From a virus, in IMG/VR virus record IMGVR_UViG_3300030098_004420, positions 1-64,000 of that record: a DNA stretch of 64,000 nucleotides; one strand, 5' to 3'. Each line of letters opens with the position of its first letter. Position 1 is the stretch's first letter. Below are positions 1 to 8,800 of this stretch, piece after piece. The notes beneath the pieces were generated by a model. That model searched no databases, was not told where the DNA came from, and saw only the letters and a program-made list of their open reading frames with translations. The translations under genes were made by a program, and so were the position numbers.

Positions 1-2
1 TT

Positions 3-335
3 GCTGCACATGGTTATTTCGGAAGACTTATTTTCCAATATGCATCTTTCAATAACAGCAGAAGTCTTCACTTCTTCCTAGCATCATGGCCTGTTATCTG
101 TGTATGGTTAACCTCAATGGGTATCTGCACAATGGCGTTTAACCTTAACGGTTTCAACTTCAACCAGTCAGTCGTAGACACATCTGGTAAAGTAGTTCCT
201 ACTTGGGGTGACGTTCTTAACAGAGCAAACCTTGGTATGGAAGTTATGCATGAAAGAAATGCACACAACTTCCCACTAGACTTAGCATCTGCTGAGACTT
301 CTGAAGTCGCACTAGTTGCTCCTAGCGTAGGTTGA
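3..335 (+). CDS. psbA: Photosystem II D1 protein, C-terminal part (5' end outside window)
   Basis: Frame from nt 3 reads [56 protein letters not shown]...[17 protein letters not shown], the D1 C-terminus; [14 protein letters not shown] resembles Prochlorococcus-type D1. Confidence 0.99.
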   Translation, partial: AAHGYFGRLIFQYASFNNSRSLHFFLASWPVICVWLTSMGICTMAFNLNGFNFNQSVVDTSGKVVPTWGDVLNRANLGMEVMHERNAHNFPLDLASAETSEVALVAPSVG

Positions 336-360
336 TAAAAACAGAATAATCTGTTATAAT
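332..360 (+). promoter_or_regulatory. sigma70-like early promoter for ho1
   Basis: TTGATA (332-337), 17-nt spacer, TGT-TATAAT (-10 at 355-360, extended -10). Confidence 0.7.
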
Positions 361-361
361 G

Positions 362-388
362 AGAGGGTCTTAATGACCCTCTTTTTTT
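362..388 (+). terminator. Rho-independent terminator after psbA
   Basis: AGAGGGTC-TTAAT-GACCCTCT hairpin followed by a T-run. Confidence 0.85.
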
Positions 389-1105
389 ATGTCAATATCG
401 GACTTTTCAAAACAGTTAAAAGAAGGGACAAAGAAGTCCCATACAATGGCAGAGAATACAAGTTTTGTTGCTTCATTTCTTAGAGGTGTTGTAGATGAAT
501 CTAAGTATCGTCAATTGATTGCTAATTTCTATTTCATCTATCATGCATTGGAAAGTGAGATGGAGATCAATAAAGATAATCCTTTTGTCGGTCCTATGAG
601 ATTGAATGGATTAGAAAGACATGATGCTCTAGTTGAAGACTGTAAATATTTTTATGGTGATGATTGGAAAGATATAATACGTCCAACAGAAGAAACTCAA
701 AAATATGTTAGTCGTATTCATGAAGTAGCAAAGGAGAATCCAGAGTTATTGATAGCACATCATTACACACGATACATGGGTGACTTATCTGGTGGACAGA
801 TTCTTAAAGGTATCGCACAGAAAGCATTGAATCTCAAGGAGGATGGACTTGCCTTCTATGAATTTCCTGAGATATGGGATAAGAAAGGATTTAAAGAATC
901 ATATAGAAGAGTTCTTGACACTATGATTCCTGCTACACAAAAAGATGTAGATGCTATTGTTGTAGAAGCTAACTATGCTTTTAGATTAAACATGTATATG
1001 TTTGAAGAGATACAAGGTGACGCAGGAAAATCTTTTGGTAAGATTGTTTTAAACTATCTTGGTGAGTTAGTTGCTGAGATGATTATTTCAAAGAGGTATA
1101 GATAA
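389..1105 (+). CDS. ho1: Heme oxygenase
   Basis: LKEGTKKSHTMAENTSFV N-terminal His motif; HHYTRYMGDLSGGQIL signature; EANYAFRLN. Confidence 0.96.
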   Translation: MSISDFSKQLKEGTKKSHTMAENTSFVASFLRGVVDESKYRQLIANFYFIYHALESEMEINKDNPFVGPMRLNGLERHDALVEDCKYFYGDDWKDIIRPTEETQKYVSRIHEVAKENPELLIAHHYTRYMGDLSGGQILKGIAQKALNLKEDGLAFYEFPEIWDKKGFKESYRRVLDTMIPATQKDVDAIVVEANYAFRLNMYMFEEIQGDAGKSFGKIVLNYLGELVAEMIISKRYR

Positions 1106-1287
1106 TGACTAAAGAATATATTAAAGATATTCCTAATTGGGAAAAGGATTATCTTGAGTCTATGAAGGGTAATTTATCCGAACAGCAGATAGAACTTCTT
1201 CAGGGTAGATATATAAAATCTGATGAAGGAATGATTTACGGGGAAATGTATGCTGATTGGAAAAGGAGAGCATGGGATATTGAATAA
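1105..1287 (+). CDS. Small hypothetical cyanophage protein
   Basis: 60-aa ORF; its ATG overlaps the ho1 stop. Confidence 0.7.
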   Translation: MTKEYIKDIPNWEKDYLESMKGNLSEQQIELLQGRYIKSDEGMIYGEMYADWKRRAWDIE

Positions 1288-1311
1288 ATACTTGAAAAAC
1301 TGTCACATACA

Positions 1312-1824
1312 ATGAAGACATATCAGAATTTTATGCTAGAATGTTCTCAAATAGATGAGAGTAGTTTAAGCCGTATTAAGTCAAAACATGATAAAGGAGG
1401 AGTGGCAGTCCTTTCTGGAAGTCGTGGTGATAAATCTAATAAGGAAAATAGGGCAAGAGCAAAGAGTTTAGATAAAGATATTCGTAGTAAGTTTGGTAAG
1501 GGTGCTACTAAAGTTACTGGTAAGTATACCGAGAAGGATGATAATACTGGTAAAGAAACAAGAGTGAAAGAAAGAAGTCATGTAGTTACTTCTGGTAAGA
1601 TGGGTAAGAAGAAGTTTAAGAAAGAGGTTAAGAAACTAGGTAAGAAGTACGGACAGGATTCTGTCATTACACAAACTAAACCAGGAGGAAAAGCAACTCT
1701 TAAAAGAACTAGAAAGGGTGGATTACCCAAAAAGAATATTAAACTAGGCAAATTTAAACCACAAGGAAAAAATCCTGAAGGTGAAACACAAGTTAAAGGA
1801 AAAACCTACACGTATGACAACTAA
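1312..1824 (+). CDS. Basic protein with a T4-type capsid-targeting-like N-terminus (putative internal head protein)
   Basis: Starts MKTYQNFMLE, very Lys-rich, preceded by late-promoter-like AATAAATA (1283-1290). Confidence 0.6.
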   Translation: MKTYQNFMLECSQIDESSLSRIKSKHDKGGVAVLSGSRGDKSNKENRARAKSLDKDIRSKFGKGATKVTGKYTEKDDNTGKETRVKERSHVVTSGKMGKKKFKKEVKKLGKKYGQDSVITQTKPGGKATLKRTRKGGLPKKNIKLGKFKPQGKNPEGETQVKGKTYTYDN

Positions 1825-2062
1825 ACTTTATGATGACTCCAATTGGAGAGAAGAATACAAGAGTTACACTAGTAACAAAAAACATCTTGAACTTCTAGAG
1901 AATGGACCTAAGAGTTTATCTCAATCTTGGATACTACAAGCACTCTATAATGAGTGGAAGAAAATGAAAGGGTATAATAAACTTGACCCAAAAGAAAATG
2001 AAGGTCAATTACAATCATCTATGAAAGAGTTTTTTCAAAAAACTAAAGATCAAGGTATATAA
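1814..2062 (+). CDS. Hypothetical cyanophage protein
   Basis: ORF 1781-2062; more likely start is the ATG at 1814 (MTTKLYDDSNWREEY), overlapping the upstream stop. Confidence 0.7.
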   Translation: MTTKLYDDSNWREEYKSYTSNKKHLELLENGPKSLSQSWILQALYNEWKKMKGYNKLDPKENEGQLQSSMKEFFQKTKDQGI

Positions 2063-2760
2063 TGACTAAAACTGAAATTATTAAAGGGAAGGTGAAGACA
2101 GTATTTACTACTGATGATCCTGATAAAGTTCTCATACAATATGAAGATAAGGTTACTGCTGGTAATGGTAAGAAGGAGTTAATAGTAGAAGATAAAGGTC
2201 GTATTTGTTGTGAAATATCTGCTCTTATTTTTAAGAAGTTAGAAGCAGAAGGAATCGATACTCATTACCTTAATACATTTCCTGTAAGTATTATGTCTTG
2301 TAAGAAGGTTGATATCATTCCACTTGAAGTTATCGTTAGAAACCTTGCAGCAGGTTCTATTTGTAGACAGACTACAATTCCAGAAGGTAAGTTCTTTATG
2401 AAACCACTAGTAGAGTTTCATTTAAAGGATGATAGTAAAGATGATCCACTTCTTACATTTGATCGTATGAAGTATATGGGACATGATCCAGAGGAATTTA
2501 TTGAACCTGCATTAAAGATTAATAAGGTCTTAATAAAAGTATTTCATAACATTGGACTTGATTTAGTTGACTTTAAAGTAGAGTTTGGTGTAGATAGTAA
2601 GGGGAATTTACTTCTTGCTGATGAGATAAGTCCTGATAGTTGCCGATTATGGAAAACTGGGACTAAACAAAGTATGGATAAAGATCTATTTCGTAATGAT
2701 GAAGGTGATATTATAGAACCTTATAAAATTATACTAAAAAAACTACAGGAGACCAATTAA
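2062..2760 (+). CDS. purC: SAICAR synthetase
   Basis: GKVKTV, YEDKVTAGNG, IPLEVIVRNLAAGS, LVDFKVEFG, LADEISPDSCRLW, DKDLFR motifs. Confidence 0.97.
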   Translation: MTKTEIIKGKVKTVFTTDDPDKVLIQYEDKVTAGNGKKELIVEDKGRICCEISALIFKKLEAEGIDTHYLNTFPVSIMSCKKVDIIPLEVIVRNLAAGSICRQTTIPEGKFFMKPLVEFHLKDDSKDDPLLTFDRMKYMGHDPEEFIEPALKINKVLIKVFHNIGLDLVDFKVEFGVDSKGNLLLADEISPDSCRLWKTGTKQSMDKDLFRNDEGDIIEPYKIILKKLQETN

Positions 2761-2761
2761 C

Positions 2762-2968
2762 ATGCACGGCAATTTGGAACCAGAAGAAAACATTTGGAAT
2801 AATGATAAACCAGTCAATGATCTTTATCAGGACATGGAACGTCTTAATGCTTTGTATGAAGAGTTAATGTGGCCACATGATGTAGCACTTGATTTTAGTG
2901 CTGACTATGAAAACAATCGTATTATAATTCAGGTTATGGATGACAAATTAAAACGTCCTGCTTTATAA
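2762..2968 (+). CDS. Hypothetical protein
   Basis: 68-aa ORF directly after purC. Confidence 0.7.
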   Translation: MHGNLEPEENIWNNDKPVNDLYQDMERLNALYEELMWPHDVALDFSADYENNRIIIQVMDDKLKRPAL

Positions 2969-2993
2969 AAATCTAAATAATCGTAAGTCGCAT

Positions 2994-3371
2994 GTGCTTA
3001 TGGAAATCCTATCTTCCCCCCGTCAGTATTTGTTTAATTTAGAAACACTGAGTTCAAATGAAGCAAAACGAATGTGGAGGAAGAATGTAAAGGAGGAATG
3101 GAATTATAGATGTGCATATTGTGGGTCAGGAAAGAATTTAACAATCGATCATGTAGTTCCTCGTTGTAAAGGAGGAACAGATTTCACAAAGAATGTAGTA
3201 TGCTGCTGTCATTCTTGCAATCAATCTAAAGCTCATAGTCCTTGGGAAGAGTGGTATCTTTCTCAGGACTTTTTTAGTGTCAAAAAATATAATAGAATTA
3301 TGGAGTGGATGAAACCAGAACCACCCCAAAATTTATTCTTATACAAACCGAGAAAAAATAACCTATTATAA
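2994..3371 (+). CDS. HNH endonuclease
   Basis: CAYCG...TIDHVVPRCKGG...NVVCCCHSCNQSK. Confidence 0.92.
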   Translation: MLMEILSSPRQYLFNLETLSSNEAKRMWRKNVKEEWNYRCAYCGSGKNLTIDHVVPRCKGGTDFTKNVVCCCHSCNQSKAHSPWEEWYLSQDFFSVKKYNRIMEWMKPEPPQNLFLYKPRKNNLL

Positions 3372-3374
3372 ATA
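3367..3374 (+). promoter_or_regulatory. T4-type late promoter
   Basis: TATAAATA upstream of the structural gene at 3425. Confidence 0.8.
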
Positions 3375-3424
3375 AATGAAGGCAGTATATACTGTCGTCA
3401 CTGGTACATACCGAATAGATATAA

Positions 3425-5818
3425 ATGGCAACTCCGATTAGGATCAAAAGATCTGCTGTCGCTGATAAGCGGCCTGCATTATCTGATCTACAGCTAGGCG
3501 AATTAGCTCTCAATACCTATGATGGTCGTTTATATACTGAAAGGGATGCTGGTGGCGTTGGTATAGGAACAACAATTACATTACTGACCCCGTGGACAGA
3601 GAATTATGGTGGGGATTCAGTATATTCGTTAAGTAATATTGGTATAGGAACTACTAACCCACAAGCAGCTTTGCAAGTGGGTACTGGTGTTACTGTTTAT
3701 GGTAACTCTGGTATTGTAAGTGCTACTTCTTTCTATGATGCTAATGGTGTTGTAGGTGCTACTCTTTCTGCTGCATCAGGAACACAAAGAATAGTTACTA
3801 CTAGTCTGACATCTGGCACTATGATTAGTGTTGGTACTGATTCAGATATAACATTTTCTGCTGGTCCTAGTACATTAAACGTTGGTGCTGCAATTACAAT
3901 GCAGGCCACCACTGGTATTGTAAGTGCAACATACTTCTATGGTGATGGTTCTAATCTTATTAATGCAGGTTCTAGTTTATCTGCAGCTGCAGGAGTTCAA
4001 AGAGTTGTACTAACAAGTTTAACATCAGGTAGTATGATTACTAATGCTACTGATGCAGATATAACATTTGATGCTAGTTCAAATACTTTAAACGCTGCTA
4101 ATTTATATGTTGCTCCACATACAGGTGTGGGCACTGTTTCTGGTGTTGATTTTTCTACTGGAATTGTAACGGCAACGAGTGGAATCGCAACGGTTTATGG
4201 TGATGTTGTTATAGGAACTCCTACTGGAGGGTTTAAGACAGGAGCATTTACCATTGCTGATACAGATAAGACGAAAGATTCTATTAATACTTTGAATAAT
4301 ATACTTGGAAAATTGGTTCCATCAGCACCTACTACAATTAATGGTGTTAGTTTAAGTTTAACTGGACTTACTGGAACTGGTAGGTTGTGTCAAGGATTTA
4401 CTCCAACAAATAATACAGGTGGTGCTGCACCATCAGCAGGTACTCAGTACAGTAGGAACACAGATCAAACAGTAAGTACAACATATCTTACTGAATATGG
4501 TCCAGGAGATTCTGAAACTGTTACTGGATTTGTTAATGCTGTTGGTGTTGGAACCAGAGCAATGGTAACAGGTAATGGTAATGCTGGTACATATGATCAA
4601 ATTCAGATAGCAAATAATGAAGATGCTTCTAATTCCACAAGAGATCCAGGAATTGATGCAGGATTCTATTCAATTTATGATGTTAGATTAATTAATGCTG
4701 CATGTCCTAATGGATATAACTTAGTAAAGATTACTCAAGGTTCTTCTACTACTGGTTCTGCATATTGGTATGAAGATCCAAGCACAGTAGCTGCTCCTAT
4801 AATGACATTTGGTTCGATGACTTTACCAGCATCACCAACATTAGCATACTCATCTGGTATTCCTCATTATACACAAGCAGCCGCTAATAACTTCACTTAT
4901 GTTATGGGTGTTGAGAATGCTAGTGGTGATATGTATACAACATCTAGCTTTGTTACTGATGATGGAGCGACAACTGGGTTTGGAGATCCTGGTAATAAAA
5001 GTTATACGGATTTTGGAGGAACTAATCCTCCAGCACAAAACTTTGGTGTTGGTACTGCTGTAACTTGTTTGGTTACAAATACAGTAAGAGATGTTCATTA
5101 TACTGTTAGTTCAAATATTTTCCCTCGTTATGATGTATCAACTCCTTATGGAAGTGACAATAATAATAGAATAGGATTTACTACTTCTATTAATATCATG
5201 GGTACAACAGCAGTCACATCCAGAATGGATGAGGATAATATCCTAGTAAGTTCTCTTGGAACTGGTTCTGGTAATGCTACAAGAGTTAAGGCAGGTGCAA
5301 CTGGAGATAATCCAACTCCTGCATATACAGCATGGACTGGTGGTAGTGTTGGTTCAATCGATACTTATGAAGCTGCTGTAAGAGGTGGTGTTCTATATCA
5401 CGATCAAACAGATTATACTGCATATTTACCTGCAGGTCCAGATTATTCTGCTGGTAGAAGTGGTAATCAGTATTTCCAAATAGCATTTATTAGATCTGCT
5501 GTTTCTGAATTTAGTATAACTTATGCTGGTTCATTAGCAGGTTGTTGGGTATGTATGCCTGATAACTCATCGTGGACTACATCATTATCAGGTACAAATG
5601 GTTGGGCAGATATGTTCCAAGCATATAAAGGAGCAGGTATTCCAACAGGAGCAGAACCAGGTTGTGCTACTGGTGGTCTTATGGATACCAATGGTGGTAC
5701 ATTTACTTGTACCTTCGGAACAGAATCATCATCAAATGATTCTAATAACAGAATTCTGATCAGATGGAAATTAACCTCTGGACAGTCAGTTACGTCTATG
5801 TCATTCACATCTACATAA
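3425..5818 (+). CDS. Virion structural / fibre-associated protein
   Basis: N-terminal IRIKRS...LQLGELALNTYDGRLY fibre-attachment-type motif, NIGIGTTNP repeat, Thr/Gly/Ser-rich, late promoter. Confidence 0.75.
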   Translation: MATPIRIKRSAVADKRPALSDLQLGELALNTYDGRLYTERDAGGVGIGTTITLLTPWTENYGGDSVYSLSNIGIGTTNPQAALQVGTGVTVYGNSGIVSATSFYDANGVVGATLSAASGTQRIVTTSLTSGTMISVGTDSDITFSAGPSTLNVGAAITMQATTGIVSATYFYGDGSNLINAGSSLSAAAGVQRVVLTSLTSGSMITNATDADITFDASSNTLNAANLYVAPHTGVGTVSGVDFSTGIVTATSGIATVYGDVVIGTPTGGFKTGAFTIADTDKTKDSINTLNNILGKLVPSAPTTINGVSLSLTGLTGTGRLCQGFTPTNNTGGAAPSAGTQYSRNTDQTVSTTYLTEYGPGDSETVTGFVNAVGVGTRAMVTGNGNAGTYDQIQIANNEDASNSTRDPGIDAGFYSIYDVRLINAACPNGYNLVKITQGSSTTGSAYWYEDPSTVAAPIMTFGSMTLPASPTLAYSSGIPHYTQAAANNFTYVMGVENASGDMYTTSSFVTDDGATTGFGDPGNKSYTDFGGTNPPAQNFGVGTAVTCLVTNTVRDVHYTVSSNIFPRYDVSTPYGSDNNNRIGFTTSINIMGTTAVTSRMDEDNILVSSLGTGSGNATRVKAGATGDNPTPAYTAWTGGSVGSIDTYEAAVRGGVLYHDQTDYTAYLPAGPDYSAGRSGNQYFQIAFIRSAVSEFSITYAGSLAGCWVCMPDNSSWTTSLSGTNGWADMFQAYKGAGIPTGAEPGCATGGLMDTNGGTFTCTFGTESSSNDSNNRILIRWKLTSGQSVTSMSFTST

Positions 5819-5840
5819 GGAATAGGAGAGGTAAAAATCA

Positions 5841-8800
5841 GTGGCAGCATCACAACAACAAAAAGTAGACTTTCTATTAAAGAAGATTGGTTATACCGCA
5901 TCCAAGACTGGACTTGCGGAAGATTCTAGTTTAAGTGGAACTAAGAAGGCTCCTTTTGCTGAAGCCGTTCCATCTCCATTAGTCATTGCAAGTACGTGTT
6001 TATGGGCAGATAGTACATATATTCCAGCGACTCCTCCTGGATCTGATAGTGATTATGTAAAGGTATATCTTAGTGCTGCTTCTGGTCATAGAATGACTGT
6101 TGACAGTACAGTTTCTGGTAATCGTGCTTATATTGCTTACTCAACTTATAATGATAATGGTACTGCAATCTTAGGTGACTGGATTGATACTCAATTTGGT
6201 GCTAGTTATATTATAAAAGTATATAAAGGTGATCCAAACTCTGGTGGTGTTCAATTATCTGCTGCTGGTTCTGGTTCTAATGATGGATGGTTCTTTGATT
6301 ATTCTGCTGGTATTCTAAACTTTAATGATACCAATGTTCCTAGTGGAGTAACAGATAGTAATATCTACGTTGTTGGTTACAGATATATTGGTACAAAGGG
6401 ACCAACTGCTGCTGGTGGTATTAGTACATTTACAACTCAATATGTATCAGGTGTTTCTACATTTGCTGATGATGTAAATCTATATGGTACTACTGGTGTA
6501 ACATCTGCATACTGGGATAAGACTGGAGATGCAGTTATACTTAAGGATCATACTAAAGCTTCATTTGGTACTGGTCAGGACTTAGAATTCTTTCATGATG
6601 GTGCAAACAGCACGATTAAAAATACTACTGGAACACTTTTTGTTGACAATGGTGGAACAACTTTTAGAAATGTAAGTGGTACTGAAACACAACTTGCTAT
6701 TAGTGATAATGGTTCAGTTGCTGCATACTTTGATAACGCCAAAAAGATAGAAACTCTTTCGGTTGGTGCTACAGTTACGGGCAACTTAGGAGCTACTTCT
6801 GTTAGTATATCTGGTATCTCTACATTTGAAGGTAATGTAGATGCTAATGGAACTTTAGATGTAGATGGTCAAAGTGAATTAGATGATGTTAATGTATCTG
6901 GTGTATCAACATTTGGTCAATTAGTTTCTGCTAGTGCTGGAGCAAATATTGCTGGTGCTGCTGGATTAAACGTTGCTGGAGTAACAACAGTTGGTGGGCA
7001 GATAGATGGTAATGCTGGAGCAGATATTTCTGGTGGAGAAACAACTTTAAGTTCTGCTACTATATCAGATCTAACTTCAGGGAGACTTACTGTTGCTGGT
7101 ACTAGTGGTGCTTTACAAGATAGTTCTAACTTAACATTTGATGGTACTAATAAATTAGCTGTAACTGGTGGACTAACTGTTTCTGCTGGTGCTACTCTTA
7201 GTTCTAATTTAGATGTGGATGGTGGAGCAGATATTTCTGGTGGTGGTGGAACAACACTTAACGTAGTAGGTCATACTGAATTAGACAGAGTTAATGTAAG
7301 TGCTGCATCTACTTTCGGTGGAGATATAGATGCGAATGGTAATATAGATGTAGATGGTCGTGCTGATTTAGATGACGTAGTTGTTACTGGTGTAGCAACA
7401 TTCTCTAATAATATTGATGCTGATGGTAATTTAGATGTAGATGGTCGTACTGATTTAGATGATGTAGTTGTTACTGGTGTAGCAACATTTTCTGCTTTAG
7501 TTGATGGTAATGCTGGTGCAAACTTCTCAGGTGCTGAAACAACTTTAAGTTCTGCTACTGTATCTGATTTAACAGATAATAGAATTGTACTTGCTGGTAC
7601 TTCTGGGTCATTAGAAGATAGTAGTAAGATAACTTTTGACGGAACAACTCTTGCTATAGTTGGAGATGCTACCTTCACAGGAAACGTATCTGTCGCAGGA
7701 ACATTAACCAGTGAAGATAAGGAAAATATAGATTCAGTTGGATTAATAACTGCAAGAACTGGTGTAAGAATTACTTCTGGTGGTCTTACTGTAAATTCTG
7801 GTGTTAGTACATTTACTGATGCTATTGATGCTAATGGTGGTTTAGATGTCGCTGGTGGTTCTGGTTTAGTCGCTTCTTCTGCTAAGATTTCTGACTTAAC
7901 TTCGGGAAGAGTTGTAGTCGCTGGTACTTCTGGAGAACTAGAAGATGCATCTACGTTCACTTTTAGTGGAGGAACTGTATCTGCTACTGCGTTCTCTGGT
8001 ACAAATCTAACAGGAACACTACAAACTGCTGCACAACCAAATATAACTTCATTAGGAACGATTGCATCTTTAGTCGCTTCAAGATCACAGGTTACTGGTG
8101 TTGGTGGATTTAGTGTAACTGGTGTTTCGACTTTCACTGGTGACATAGATGCGAATGGTAATATAGATGTAGATGGTCGTGCCGATTTAGATGACGTAGT
8201 TGTTACTGGTGTTGCTACATTCTCTAATAATATTGACGCTGACGGAGATTTAGATGTAGATGGTCATACTGAACTTGATTATGTAAATGTATCTGCTGCT
8301 GCTACCTTTGCTGGTTTCATTGATGCTAATGCTGGTGCTAATGTCGCTGGTGGATTTGTTGCTAACAGTGCTAAAATTTCTGACTTAACTTCAGGAAGAG
8401 TCCCAGTTGTTGGTACTGATGGAGAACTAGAAGACGCATCCACCTTTACATTTAGTGGAGGAACTGTTACTGCTACTGGGTTCTCTGGTAATTTAACAGG
8501 AACATTACAGACTGCTGCTCAAGGTAATGTTACATCAGTTGGAACTCTAACTGGATTGGATGTCAATGGTCATACAGAATTAGATAACATACAGGTAACT
8601 GGTATAGCAACAGTCGCTAATGTAGTTCTTACTAAAAACACCACAGGTGTTGGTGCTACGATTGGTGGATTAAATGTTGGTGTTGTTACTTACTATGGTG
8701 ATGGATCACAACTTACAGGTATAGATGCTACTGCATTAAAAGATAGTGGTGGTAACGTAAAGGTACAAGCAGTTACTACTGGTGCAGTTGTTACTGGTCT

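Noticed and set aside
117-335. 72-aa stand-alone ORF
   Set aside because: It is the tail of psbA, which is open from the window start
3381-3396. GGCAGTATATACTGTC hairpin in a late leader
   Set aside because: Short, no U-tract, no supporting context for a function
7271-8146. 291-aa minus-strand ORF and similar ones inside fibre genes
   Set aside because: Antisense to strongly biased coding sequence; no recognisable motifs
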